A stretch of 64,000 bases of DNA from a virus (IMGVR_UViG_3300023223_000769:1340-65339); one strand, 5' to 3'; numbered from the stretch's first letter, positions 29,995 through 41,668 are shown. Numbers and translations: made by a program. Notes: generated by a model not told the origin, from the letters alone.

Positions 29995-30867
29995 GAGGGA
30001 TTATGGCTGTATTTGTGAATTTAACAGGATTACAGGGAGAAAAATACTATGTCAATGTGGATCGAATTTCCATGGAAGAAGTTGAAAATTATATGCTTCC
30101 TGGACAGTATGCAGCTAATCCAGAATGGCATGGACAAAAAGCTAGATGGACCATAATCAGTGAAGAAGGCGTAGTTAATCGTCTGGTCAATGAGAGTGCA
30201 GAAGATATTCTAAAGTCAGCGAGAAGATTAAAATAGGAGAAATTATGAATCCATTAGAAATGTTAGTAATAGCTATGGCAATGTTAGCACAAACGGCAGC
30301 AACCGAAGTCGAGAAAGAAAAAGTTATTCCAGATGTATCTGTTCCTGCTATTATTGTGATAGAGGATCATGAATGGTAACTTGTATTTGGTGTAGAAAAA
30401 GCCATGAGGTTACCACACGGTTTCGTTGTTACCGGTGTGGCACAGTCTTATGTGAAGAGCAGATGGAGATACTTCCTTCCCTCATCACCGGTTCAATGGG
30501 TGTTATGTGTCATGCCAATAGATCTTGTGGGCCTGTTTATGATACAATGAGCGTGTCTCCTGTCGATAGAATAATGTGGTTTATGCGTAGTATCGATGGG
30601 AGAGGGATACCTGTAGCTAATCCTAGATACGTAGCGAAGGTAACGAATGGAAAAACAAAAACGTAAAATAGCATACCCTATGTCTTGCGTTGACTGTGGT
30701 AAAGAGATAGAGGTAGAAGTTGATTACCCGCAAACTGAAGATGAATGGAAAAGAATTCAAGGAAATGTAAATAAAAAAGGTAGATGCGATCCGTGTCAAA
30801 AACAATTTAATTATGACTATTGCGAATTCGAATAAAGAACGATTTAAAAACGAAGGGGGTGAGAAAG

Positions 30868-31074
30868 ATGGAAACTGTATTGATGCCCGATTTAGAGAAA
30901 TCTAACGGACTCCGGCGTGAAGCCAGGGATAGAGAAGGTCCAGTACGTTTGCTTACCGCAGAGGGTAAGACATACTACGTGACCAAGAAGATCGAATACA
31001 CTTGTACCTGTCCTGACTATATTTATAGGCAGATGGAGTGTAAGCATATTCGTACTATGAAGTCATTCATGTAA
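30868..31074 (+). CDS. SWIM zinc-finger protein (paralog of 16294..16587)
   Basis: TYYV...CTCPD..YR..ECKHI. Confidence 0.65.
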   Translation: METVLMPDLEKSNGLRREARDREGPVRLLTAEGKTYYVTKKIEYTCTCPDYIYRQMECKHIRTMKSFM

Positions 31075-31802
31075 ACACAGGTGGTTCTTTATGGCTAAAA
31101 GTGGACCCGCAAATACACCTATTGATCCTTTCTACCCTAGATTAGTTTTGACACCTATGGCAGATGGATGGATGGTTGAAGTGGATTTCTCCCAGGAATA
31201 TTGTGTAGCTACGGGTCCATTTGATGATGTGTATGACGCTCTTCACGCAGGAATGGCACGTTTAGATAAGCAGAATACATTAGATGAAGAGGAAGAAGAT
31301 TTTAAGAACAGGGGATGCTAATATGAGATTTTTATTTAAAGATTATACCCATGCCATACCAATCCGACCATTGCATTTAGTGTTAGCTACCTTAGATGGA
31401 CTTCAACCAACTATAGATGTTTCACCAGAAGAGATCGATGTTGTTAGAAACGCTATAATAAGAATATGCAAAGACGTTTCCAAGGAATACAAGTATGATT
31501 ACGAAACAGGTCCGTTAATCAGTAATGCAGCCTTTGCTAAGAGACTTCGCCTGGAAGCGGATATAACGAATAATATCATTTTGGAAAGTGAGTTACGTGC
31601 CTTGGCAATTCTTGTAGATGAGTCACTTTAATGGAAAAAGTTACTACCAAATATGGCTACATTTGCGCCCAATGCAATGACAAGTTTTTCACTGATCGCA
31701 GATGGACCACGAGGGATAAACGAAACAAAAGTATGCTAAACCATACTAAAAAGACGAAACATAGTATGCTTTACCGTACTATTGATGAGAGGATATCATT
31801 CT

Positions 31803-32366
31803 ATGAGTAATTTAAAATTTGCTTCTTCTATGCTTGGTGGTTCTTTAGTAGCCGCAATGGTAATCGCTTTTACTTTATTGTGGTTGACTAAAGATGTGAA
31901 TAAAGGTGATGTAGAAATAATTGGCTACGGTGTTACTAGTGAGTTTCAAGAAGAAGTTGGTGCTACATGGGTGCCTATTGCAGTAGATGATACTGGTGGT
32001 GCAACTTGGCATATACCTTTAACATGTGATGTTGCTCCTGTTAGAATTATTGATGGCGATACATTTAAAGCTGCTACTGTAACTACTATTTCACCTACCC
32101 TGGAAGTGACAGAATTAACCGGTTTTCGACTGTTAGGTGTAGATACCCCGGAGAGAGGGGAAGAAGGCTATCAAGAGGCCAAAGATTATTTACAGAAAAA
32201 GATTGGCGGTAAACTTATCCATATTAGTCTTAAAAGTGGTGCCGGAAAAAAGAGAGATTCGTTTGGTCGATTTTTAGTTGACATTGTTCTGTGTACTAAG
32301 AATTCATACGTTGATATAAATCGAGAAATTATTAAGAAAGGCTTAGGAAAGGAGTATCCACGATGA
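31803..32366 (+). CDS. membrane-anchored thermonuclease (SNase family)
   Basis: N-terminal TM; IIDGDT, RLLGVDTPE, RDSFGRFL. Confidence 0.85.
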   Translation: MSNLKFASSMLGGSLVAAMVIAFTLLWLTKDVNKGDVEIIGYGVTSEFQEEVGATWVPIAVDDTGGATWHIPLTCDVAPVRIIDGDTFKAATVTTISPTLEVTELTGFRLLGVDTPERGEEGYQEAKDYLQKKIGGKLIHISLKSGAGKKRDSFGRFLVDIVLCTKNSYVDINREIIKKGLGKEYPR

Positions 32367-34169
32367 GGAAATTGAAACTAGTGAAAAAAGAGAAAGTTAA
32401 AGAAAATTCAGTAGTTGGGGATGGTATTGAGGTTCAGTGTGGGAATCCTGAATGTAATAGCAAGATCAAGATAACCAATGGTTTTACTTTAGAGACTATC
32501 GATGCTAGTATAAAAATTGGGCCATGCATCAAAGCAGTTTGGATTTGTGATGCTTGTAGGTCCAACGGAATGCTCAAGGCTGTTAGACATATAGCTAATG
32601 AGCATCTTTTTAAAGAGCATATGGTTAGAAACTTTTTTCCCGCTATGTAAGGAGAATTTATGGTCGCTCAAAAAATACATATGATTATTAGTAGTGTCGA
32701 TTTCGAAGGATGGTTAAAGCCTATCCCAGGTGGTAGTTTTCAGGGAGAAGATCTGCAAGAAGTCAGGGAAAGAGCAAAGGCATTTAAAAAAGACTTTTTG
32801 AGTCAATGGCCTGATTTACATGAAGGTCAAGTTGTACAGCAAGAATCATTTTTCAATCTGAGAAATAACCGCCCCGACCTTCAAGGAATAGTTGAAGGCG
32901 AAGACAAAGACTAATTTATGGAACCAACAATTTTAGGTTATATACGAGAGAAGATACTGGCCCTTTCTGAGGGCAAGCTTTTACCTGTAGCTGCGCTTAG
33001 TAAAGCTGTGATAAAGAAATTTCCAAAGCTTGCCGGAGGATCGAATATTTATACCCGAATTAATAAAGTACTAGCTGAAAAAGAGATCGCAGAAAAGTAT
33101 GAGAAGAAAAAAGGTAGACCAAAGGATGAGCCGGTAGTCGGCCCACCAAGAACATACATACGAAAAAAATAAATGAGATTTGCTAAAGAAAGTGAAAGCT
33201 GGAAGGTTGCCGTTGGCTCTTGTCCTTGTCTTATTTCGTCTAACGATCTAAGCAAATGGAATATTTCCATAGAATGTCCTGATTTACCTTGTCCAAGTGA
33301 TATGCTTAGAGATTTCTTAGTTGGACAACAAACTCCTACTCGTGCTGCTTTTGTCGAGGCCCTAATAAAAACGGGCGAACTTACTAGAAAACAGATTTTC
33401 TCTGCCTTACAAGAATTCCTTGGTGTCAAAGCTAGGAAGACTTGCGAGTGGCATTTACAGGATGCTATTCATAAGATGAAAGATCGTGGCATCAAGGTCA
33501 GGAGGGTGTATGGCATTTACAAAATTCAATAAGGTTGTAGTTGTCAAATATGGTGGTGCGTATGCTTCACACCCCTACATATCTAGTAAACAAGCTAAGA
33601 AGATAACCCTCAGAAGTATGGAAGATGGAGATCCGTTTACAACCGGTCCTTGGGGTCCTAGATATAAACAGTGTAACACTAGATGGAAAATGTCTAAGGA
33701 CAAGAAAAAGATTTACGCTATCTGTCCACATAAAATAAAATTTGTATTGGATGAGAGCAATAATGGATAGGAATATTTACAAAGGAAACGATCTCATCCT
33801 AATAGAAAAAAGCGTTAAGCCAGTTTGTGGAGAAGATTTTTGCGATACCTGCGGGGATTGTTTGAATTGTTATGGGGATCTAACATGCCTCCGCAATAAG
33901 GATGGTAAGCATTTTTGGGTCTTTTACCAGGAGGATTAAATGGGGGCTATTCAAGTAGTTCATTCAGTAGATAAACCAGTTGTCATTTCCTACAGGAAGG
34001 ACAAAGGTAAGTGGAAAAGGTTATGTGTGTTGGCTGCTGATGAGACTGCCCGGAGAACTAGTAAGTATGTTCTTTTGGTAACTGGAAGTCGGCCTACCTT
34101 GTATAATTTGCGTAATGGCGAAGCTGAACGTGTAACAAAAGATAGTAAAGTAGGAAGGAAGTATCTCAG

Positions 34170-34643
34170 ATGAAATTTGGCTTTACTGGTACTCGTGCTG
34201 GAATGACTGAGAAGCAACATAGGGCATGTATCTCTATCTTTGAAAATTATGGTGGTAAAGAAATTCACCACGGAGATTGTGTCGGCTCTGATTATGAAAT
34301 ACATCAAGCTTTTATATATCGACCAGTTAATATTATAGTGCATCCCCCAATAGTGGATAAGTTCCGTGCTTATTCCGGTGGGCGAATAATATCAATGTCA
34401 GCAGAAGGAAAAACAGAACATAAGACAATCGAGTTTCGCAGACCGAAAAGTTATTTTGCTAGGAATCGAGATATTGTCGAGGAGACAGATGCCATGATAG
34501 CTGCTCCCTTAACGGAAGAGGAAAAGGGAGGCACTTGGTACACCATAAACTATGCTAGGCAATTAAAGCGTCCCATTTTTATTGTAATGCCAAATGGAAC
34601 TTTTGTTGAGGAGAATGATCTATGTTGTACTTACAAAAAGTGA
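34170..34643 (+). CDS. SLOG/DprA-like Rossmannoid protein
   Basis: GFTGTR, HHGDCVGSD, RNRDIV, GGTWYTI.YA. Confidence 0.75.
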   Translation: MKFGFTGTRAGMTEKQHRACISIFENYGGKEIHHGDCVGSDYEIHQAFIYRPVNIIVHPPIVDKFRAYSGGRIISMSAEGKTEHKTIEFRRPKSYFARNRDIVEETDAMIAAPLTEEEKGGTWYTINYARQLKRPIFIVMPNGTFVEENDLCCTYKK

Positions 34644-34799
34644 GGGATAAAGTATGACACCAGAATTTAGAAAGATATGTATAGATGAGGGAGTGTGGAT
34701 AGAGAGAACATTGTGTTTCTTTTTTCGTACTCATAAGGATCACCAGATGATTGATCCAGACGGTTTCTGTTATTTGTGTTTTAAAAAGGTGGGTAAAGT

Positions 34800-35861
34800 A
34801 TGAAGATTCTTCATACCGCAGATAACCACCATGATTTCTTCGCTACTAGGCTAGGTTCTATGCAGATCGTGAATGGCAAGAATGCTATTTATGAGGAGCG
34901 AGTTGCGAGAACCGAAGATATAGTTTCAGCAGGTATGATACAAAACGTGGACTTCTTTGTATTTGCCGGAGACTTTTTTAACAAGACCAAACCACCTCCG
35001 CAAGAATATGCAGATGCCATGCGAATTTTTGATTGGGTTGCTGAAAGGAAACCTGTTATCATAATTGCTGGTAACCATGATGAAGCAACGGCAAAAGGTT
35101 GTCCTTTGTCCGTAATACAGGGTCGCAATAAGAATATACATGTGGCTTGGTCCATTGATAGCTTTGAACTTAATGGAGTTGATTTTGTTTTGGCCCCATG
35201 GGGTACAGACATGGATGATATCAAACGGAGAAGGGACGTGTGTAACCCTAATCGTCCCAAAGTACTTGTATACCATGTGGGCGTTAGAATGGAGGGGTTG
35301 CATTGGGCAGAGGTCGAAGGTGAGAACGGAACAGTTGATTTCGACCAGATAGAAGAGTTAGGTTTTGATGCTGTTCTCATGGGACATTACCACGGTCAGA
35401 CTATGTTTAAAAATCTTGGGCATCCTGTGACTTGTTATGCTGGCTCACCAGAAATGTATAACTTTGGGGAAGAGGAACAAAAGAAAGGTTTCTTGATATG
35501 GACAGTAGATGATAAGGCTAAGAAGTTTTCTACCTTTGAGTCCAGGGAAGTTCCGTATCCTAAGTTTAAAACATATAGCATAGAAGAGTTTCTAGATCCA
35601 AAGGAAACTGGTTTCGATGGATTCATAAGGGTACTAGGCGAGGCCTCCCAGGAAGAGATAAAGGCGGTTTTTGATAAAGGGAAAAACTTCGAGTGTCGGG
35701 GTTTTAGACCTTCTCTTAAAAATAAAATGAAAATACAAAAGGTATTTACTGTGAAAGGTCAATCCAATAAAGACATACTTAGGAATTATTTAAGAGCTAA
35801 GAAGGTTGATGGAATCGATAACCTGATGAAGATCGATGCCAGTATAGAGGAAGAAATATGA
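34800..35861 (+). CDS. SbcD/Mre11-like nuclease
   Basis: DNH, AGDFF, GNHD, GHYH, YAGSP..FGE. Confidence 0.92.
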   Translation: MKILHTADNHHDFFATRLGSMQIVNGKNAIYEERVARTEDIVSAGMIQNVDFFVFAGDFFNKTKPPPQEYADAMRIFDWVAERKPVIIIAGNHDEATAKGCPLSVIQGRNKNIHVAWSIDSFELNGVDFVLAPWGTDMDDIKRRRDVCNPNRPKVLVYHVGVRMEGLHWAEVEGENGTVDFDQIEELGFDAVLMGHYHGQTMFKNLGHPVTCYAGSPEMYNFGEEEQKKGFLIWTVDDKAKKFSTFESREVPYPKFKTYSIEEFLDPKETGFDGFIRVLGEASQEEIKAVFDKGKNFECRGFRPSLKNKMKIQKVFTVKGQSNKDILRNYLRAKKVDGIDNLMKIDASIEEEI

Positions 35862-37909
35862 GGCCACTAAAAATAATTGTTGAGGATTTTCTTCCATTTC
35901 AGGGTAAGGTCGAGATCGATTTATCTGATGTACATGCAGCTACAGTTACTGGTAAAAATGGGGCCGGTAAATCATCTTTCTTTATTGATGCTATTTTATT
36001 CGCTTTGTTTGGTCAGGCTCGAAAAAGACCGGAGGGACTGATCAACGATCTGTCTACTAAGATGAGGGTAGATTTATATTTCCAACATCGAGATCAGTGT
36101 TATCTCGTAGAAAGGTCCATTGAGCATAATAAACAACAACGATTAAAGTTTTTTCAAATATATGATTTTGAAACTAAGGATAGTAAGAAGGAGGATCTCT
36201 CTGAAAGGCTACTGACTGAGACTCAAAAAAAGTTGGTTGATGTTCTTGGTATAAGTTACGGGCTGTTACTGTCTACTTCTATAGCACAACAGGAAGATAT
36301 TAACCGACTGTTTAATTTAACAGCTAATCAACGGCAGGATATGATCACCGAGATGTTGTCTTTGGATTATTGGGATAAAAAGAAGGCAGCATTGATGGAG
36401 CATCTTAAGGATAGCAAAGATCTAGACGAGAAGCTTGATCAAACACAAACAGAATTGGCAGTAGCAGAGGGACAGGTAGAGACTCTTCAAAAGGAAATTA
36501 ACGAATATCGGGATAAATTAAAACCCTTGGTATTAAAACTGAATGGTCTTAATGAAGATATTGGTAAGAAGCAATCGGAAGCTACTCAAGTCGATGAACG
36601 TAAACGGTTAGAGCTAGAGCATAGTACTCTACTTGGGAAATTAAATGGGATGGTTGAAAGAGTAAAGAATTTAAGTAAATTACCAACTAAAGATTTTGTT
36701 GTAGATGAAATTGAAGGCCTTGAAAGGGATATCGAGGTCTTTAAGAAAATGGTGGGTGAGGCTGATACACAGTTAGAGAAATTGAAACTTGAACGTGAAG
36801 ATATACGGAGTAAGGATATCCATGTATGTTCTCTGATGTATAATCAGCAAGACGTACAGATTTTAACTCGTGTTCCATGCGTCAATACAAATTACTATGA
36901 CAAGTGCCAGCTTTTGTCTCAGGCAAAAAATAAACAGGAGGATATCCTTAAATATTTAGAAGGCCTGTCTAATAGGTTTGCTACTTTAGAAGATGTCAAG
37001 AAATTTCTTGATGATCGTGCAACTAAAATCGAAGAAGGGATGAAACGTTTAACCGATTCTAAAACGTCCTCTACCAAACGACAAACTGATGCGGGACATT
37101 CGATAGAAGAATATGAGAGCATGTTAGGAGATATTGCTGAACGTGCAAAGTTAAATAAATCTGTTGGTGATCTTGAAAATGAGATAGAAACTCTTAAACG
37201 TAAAATAGAAAAACTACCAGAGTTGGATATAGGTGAGATGCTTAAACTGCAAGCTGTCTTAAACCTGGTTGTCGAGTCAATTAATTCCTATGAGAAAGAT
37301 ATCGCTACTAAAGAAAAAGAACGAGAGCTTATCCAGAGGGCGATTACGAAAATAAAAGCAAACCTAGCCTTATATGAGGCAGAGGAAGCAAAGATAGCTG
37401 GTTATCGTGTTCTCAATCAGGCCTATAGTGAGATTCCAGCACATTTGTTTGGTGAAGCAGTACCTCATATTGAGGCTTATGCAAATGAGATCCTAGGGAA
37501 GATCGATCCATTGAAGAGAATACAACTTAGACCCTTCAAAGATACCAAGAGTGGCACACAAACAAAGGCTCTTGATGTGTTGGGGTGGACCGGGACCGGC
37601 CTCCGGGACTTCGAAAACTTATCAGGATCTGAGAAATTTAGGCAGGGTCTTGCGGTTCGTGCGGCTTTGGCTCGTGTCAATGCAGAGATGTACAACACGC
37701 AAATTGGTTTCTTTATCATCGATGAGGGTTTTGGTAGCTTAGACCCTGAAAATGTGGATGCAGTGAAAGACGTTCTCCGGGAAGTGGCGAAGCAGTTTGA
37801 CTTATTCTTGGTTATAACTCATATCGAAGATCTTAAAGATACCTTCGATGAAGAGATCCATGTTAGTTCTTTAAAAGATGGTTCACATATCGATATTTTG
37901 AAACACTAA
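35858..37909 (+). CDS. SbcC/Rad50-like ATPase
   Basis: GKNGAGKS, coiled coil, LSGSE, IIDEGFGSLD, VITH. Confidence 0.93.
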   Translation: MRPLKIIVEDFLPFQGKVEIDLSDVHAATVTGKNGAGKSSFFIDAILFALFGQARKRPEGLINDLSTKMRVDLYFQHRDQCYLVERSIEHNKQQRLKFFQIYDFETKDSKKEDLSERLLTETQKKLVDVLGISYGLLLSTSIAQQEDINRLFNLTANQRQDMITEMLSLDYWDKKKAALMEHLKDSKDLDEKLDQTQTELAVAEGQVETLQKEINEYRDKLKPLVLKLNGLNEDIGKKQSEATQVDERKRLELEHSTLLGKLNGMVERVKNLSKLPTKDFVVDEIEGLERDIEVFKKMVGEADTQLEKLKLEREDIRSKDIHVCSLMYNQQDVQILTRVPCVNTNYYDKCQLLSQAKNKQEDILKYLEGLSNRFATLEDVKKFLDDRATKIEEGMKRLTDSKTSSTKRQTDAGHSIEEYESMLGDIAERAKLNKSVGDLENEIETLKRKIEKLPELDIGEMLKLQAVLNLVVESINSYEKDIATKEKERELIQRAITKIKANLALYEAEEAKIAGYRVLNQAYSEIPAHLFGEAVPHIEAYANEILGKIDPLKRIQLRPFKDTKSGTQTKALDVLGWTGTGLRDFENLSGSEKFRQGLAVRAALARVNAEMYNTQIGFFIIDEGFGSLDPENVDAVKDVLREVAKQFDLFLVITHIEDLKDTFDEEIHVSSLKDGSHIDILKH

Positions 37910-38325
37910 TTCAAATTATCATGATAAAAAAGAAAAATACTTCTCATACAAAGATGGTTAATGTCATGATGTGTCCTCTTGCCGGTTGCAAGGGAGATGA
38001 AGAAGGTTGTAATAGTTCGGAATGCAAGAAACCGGTGTGGAGAAGGTACAGTCATTTTATGTTTGTAAATTTTTATGGAAGATGTCCACGAATTTGTAGG
38101 AAGAAGAAGGAGGATCTATGTCAACATCAACAGTAGTACGTCCACCGATTAGGATAGCAATCAATGTAGACAGAAATGAAGCTACTATTATTAAAGATCT
38201 ATTTGGTGCAATGAGCGACCACACCACTGAGGTTTTATTGAAAGGTAAAAACCATAAAATGACTGATGCACTTAATCTTACAGCAGAGATTTACTATGAC
38301 TTAGACCACCTACTGGATGAAGATA

Positions 38326-39594
38326 ATGAAGATTGAAATCCTAGATCATAATTTTTCTCGTATGGATACCATACTACCTTGGTTGAGTGAACATCTATCC
38401 TATATGTTTGAGATGTATAACTCTAGGTCTAAGAGATGGAAGCGAGAAAGAGTGTACTTGGTAGATGCGTTTGGTACGTTTTTTACTGGATTAGTGCCTT
38501 ATGCTGTACAGGAGTTAACACGTAAAAGAATTCCCATCGAAATAGACGATAATCGGGAATTTCCTAAGATTGAATATAAGATCCCGGACATAACGGTTGA
38601 TCTGCGTCTTTATCAAATCGAGTATCTAGCAAAGGCTCTTAGAGAAAAACGCATGATCGTGGATTCAGTAACCGGTAGCGGTAAAACGGTCATGATGGCA
38701 TCTATCCTGGATACATTAGGAAAGACATTTGGCTTTGTCGGTGGCGGCGTAAAGGATTTAGCCACAGTGACAATAGGGTTAAGTCGATCTTTGATGAAGT
38801 TAACTGCTGAAGAGTTAGGGAAATTTAAACTCCTATTAGTCGATGATGCTCATTGTGCAGCAGCAAATCAAATTTCAGAGATCATTATTAGGATGAATGC
38901 TCCTTATCGGTTTGGTTTTACTGGTACGTCAACCGGTAGAAGTGACAATAAGGATCTAGTTGTCCATGGCCTCCTGGGGCAACCTATTAGATTGATTGAG
39001 CCTCAGGAACTTGTGAAGGCCGGATATATAGCTGATGTACAGGCAAGTATGTTTTATGGTAATTGGCAGGGAAACTATAATCACCTTGAGGATCTTCTTA
39101 TTGTACATAACCCTGTACGTAATGAATTGATAAAGAAGATTGTAAAGAATCATCCAAATCGTACAATACTAATTTTAGTTCGCAGATTAGATCACGGAGA
39201 AATACTTAAATCGATGTTTAGAGGAAGTGTATTTGTATCAGGAGAATTGAATACTGAGGAAAGAGAAGAGATTAGAGAAGATGTAAAGGCAGGAAGAGTT
39301 AAGATATTGATAGCTAGTGGTGTGTATGCAACCGGACTTGATATACCAAATCTTGATATTGGGATTAATGCGGCTGGCGGTAAGGGTGAGATTCTTACAA
39401 AGCAGAAGATAGGCCGGTTAATGAGGCCGTGGAATAACTTATGTAAGAAGTGGTTTGATATATTTGACTATTACCATCCAACACTAGAAGAGCATTCGAA
39501 AGAACGATTTAGGATTTACAAAGAGAGCAACGTGAACATAGATCTTATCGGGTTTCCTCCTGGTAAGAAGAAAAGATTAGAAGAACAAGAATGA
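38326..39594 (+). CDS. SF2 (UvsW-like) helicase
   Basis: TGSGKT, DDAH, TGT, TGLDIP, QKIGRLMR. Confidence 0.88.
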   Translation: MKIEILDHNFSRMDTILPWLSEHLSYMFEMYNSRSKRWKRERVYLVDAFGTFFTGLVPYAVQELTRKRIPIEIDDNREFPKIEYKIPDITVDLRLYQIEYLAKALREKRMIVDSVTGSGKTVMMASILDTLGKTFGFVGGGVKDLATVTIGLSRSLMKLTAEELGKFKLLLVDDAHCAAANQISEIIIRMNAPYRFGFTGTSTGRSDNKDLVVHGLLGQPIRLIEPQELVKAGYIADVQASMFYGNWQGNYNHLEDLLIVHNPVRNELIKKIVKNHPNRTILILVRRLDHGEILKSMFRGSVFVSGELNTEEREEIREDVKAGRVKILIASGVYATGLDIPNLDIGINAAGGKGEILTKQKIGRLMRPWNNLCKKWFDIFDYYHPTLEEHSKERFRIYKESNVNIDLIGFPPGKKKRLEEQE

Positions 39595-39851
39595 TTATAA
39601 TAAACGCAATGGATTGTCAGATGGTTTTTCGAAAGGCATTGGTGGAAAATTATCCACGTTCAAAGTCTTTCCTTGGACCTAAGTTAGAGCGTTTCGAGAG
39701 ACTCGCTCACATATTAACTTTGAATATGGTGCAGCCTGAGGAATACATTCCTTTTGTTTTTAGTGCATGGGAAGGACTTTATCCTCCCACGCCTGAGACT
39801 TTGGCTAATCCGCTTCAATTTCAACATTATAGAAAGATGCAGGTGAAATAA

Positions 39852-41174
39852 TTGGCTTCGTTTCCGAATTCATATCAAATACGTTTGTTAGCTCTACTAT
39901 GTATAGATAAACAGACGTATCTGAAACATGGTAGTTTCATAGAAGACACCATGTTTTCCACGGCAGTAAGCCAGTGGGTGTTTAATAAGATAAAAGAATA
40001 TTATACCACATACAGAAAACCGCCTACTAGAAATGTATTTGACACAGAACTAAGTAAAGAGGATGCGTGGCGACCATTACCAGAGGAACAACCTCTACTT
40101 CAAGAATTCCTAGCTCTTTTAAGCGCAGGATCAATTACCGATGAGCAGTATATTAAAGATACCGTACTGCAATACATGTCAGCTAAGGCTATGCGTAATG
40201 TCCTTAGTGAACAAACTGAGAATGTCGATAATGGTGAATTTGATGACGTACTGGCCGCATTACGAAAAACTAGGAAGGAATTACTATCTAAAGAGGGTGG
40301 TCTAGTTGATGAGAATGGTGAGTTATTTTCTCTTAAGAATTTAGAACCAATCTATTTATCAAATACAGCCATAAAGACAGGCTTTAATTTACTCGATCAC
40401 GAAATCAAAGGAGTGGTTGCAAAAGAACTCACTATGGTTTTGGCAGATACGAGTATAGGTAAGAGTGTTGCTCTATCCCAAATGGGAAGCTTTATGGTTA
40501 AAAATCATCATAAGGTGCTGCATGTGACATTAGAAATGTCGGCTCCAAGAGTTTTGGCTAGATATCTGTCCATGTTAAGTGTAGGCTATGAAGAATTTGA
40601 TTGGTTATCGATTAATGACATTCTTGATTTCCAACCTGATATAAGGGCGCAAGTATTTGACTATGTTGTTAAGTTTTTAAAGCCAAAATTTGAAGGGTAT
40701 CTGAGCATCGAAGAACTTCCTACAGGCAAAGGAACCATAGAGCAAATTTCTGGTTTAGTTGAATTGCGAAAACCAGAAGTATTGATAGTCGATTACCTGG
40801 ACTTGCTCAGACCACCAAAATCGAGACAAGATTATAGATTCGAATTGAAAGATATCACTACGCAGCTTCGTGCCGTGGGGGTTGAACAAAATCTTCCTGT
40901 TATCACAGCTACACAGGCGAATCGAAATGCGGTAGGTAAAAGAATAGTTAGAAAGGATATGGTAGCTGAAGACTATGAAAAAATACGAATAGCTGATACT
41001 GCTTTTAGTATTGGACAGAGCCAAGCAGATGCAGACGTGAATAAGGTTCTCTTCTATCTGATTAAAGCTAGGAATGCAGACAGGGAGAAAGCGGAGTTTT
41101 ATAGACTGAATAAAAAGAAGATTTTCTTTGAGTTTTTGAACGAGCATGTCATAGACAGACGAGATGATAAGTGA
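39852..41174 (+). CDS. DnaB-like replicative helicase
   Basis: ADTSIGKS, TLEM, IVDYLDL, ATQANR, KARN. Confidence 0.9.
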   Translation: MASFPNSYQIRLLALLCIDKQTYLKHGSFIEDTMFSTAVSQWVFNKIKEYYTTYRKPPTRNVFDTELSKEDAWRPLPEEQPLLQEFLALLSAGSITDEQYIKDTVLQYMSAKAMRNVLSEQTENVDNGEFDDVLAALRKTRKELLSKEGGLVDENGELFSLKNLEPIYLSNTAIKTGFNLLDHEIKGVVAKELTMVLADTSIGKSVALSQMGSFMVKNHHKVLHVTLEMSAPRVLARYLSMLSVGYEEFDWLSINDILDFQPDIRAQVFDYVVKFLKPKFEGYLSIEELPTGKGTIEQISGLVELRKPEVLIVDYLDLLRPPKSRQDYRFELKDITTQLRAVGVEQNLPVITATQANRNAVGKRIVRKDMVAEDYEKIRIADTAFSIGQSQADADVNKVLFYLIKARNADREKAEFYRLNKKKIFFEFLNEHVIDRRDDK

Positions 41175-41179
41175 GGTAG

Positions 41180-41209
41180 TTGACAGGAAACATTGGTCCA
41201 TGCTACAAT
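41180..41209 (+). promoter_or_regulatory. sigma-70-type promoter for the tRNA array
   Basis: TTGACA-N18-TACAAT with extended TG. Confidence 0.7.
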
Positions 41210-41310
41210 GGTCTTATGGTGATAGAGAATTAGATATTTTAACCCCTCAGGGGATGCTGGACGCAAAGCGACCAGAAGGCCCATCCCCTGAGTATTTCTT
41301 CAGTAAATAC

Positions 41311-41388
41311 CTGAGAGTAGCTCAGTCAGGCCAGAGTCCCCGCCTTGGAAGCGGGTTGTCCCAGGTTCAAATCCTGGCTCTCAGACCA
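41311..41388 (+). tRNA. tRNA-Pro(TGG)
   Basis: CTGAGAG/CTCTCAG+ACCA; CCCGC-CTTGGAA-GCGGG. Confidence 0.9.
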
Positions 41389-41391
41389 GTA

Positions 41392-41565
41392 CGAGGAGTG
41401 ATTATGATGCAAAGGATGGAACATAATGAATCCCCCTATGATCCCCCGCAGATGGCTATGGATAACCGTAGCGATAGCGGTAGGGTCCGACATAATCATT
41501 TTTCTGATGGGGTATTTCATTCGATGGTTCACCGAACGATAGGAACCACAGGTACAACCTCGCCC
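41392..41565 (+). ncRNA. structured, possibly pseudoknotted RNA between tRNA-Pro and tRNA-Gly
   Basis: GTGATTATG/CATAATCAT, GCTATGG/CCGTAGC, crossing ATGAATCCCC/GGGGTATTTCAT, closing CGAGG/CCTCG. Confidence 0.5.
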
Positions 41566-41589
41566 AATAAGGGGTAAATGTAAATGTAC

Positions 41590-41663
41590 GCTACTATCGT
41601 TCAACGGCAGGACCTTTGGCTTCCACCCAAATGATGAGAGTTCGAATCCCTCTAGTAGCTCCA
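41590..41663 (+). tRNA. tRNA-Gly(TCC)
   Basis: GCTACTA/TAGTAGC+TCCA; TTTGG-CTTCCAC-CCAAA. Confidence 0.9.
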
Positions 41664-41668
41664 AAGCT

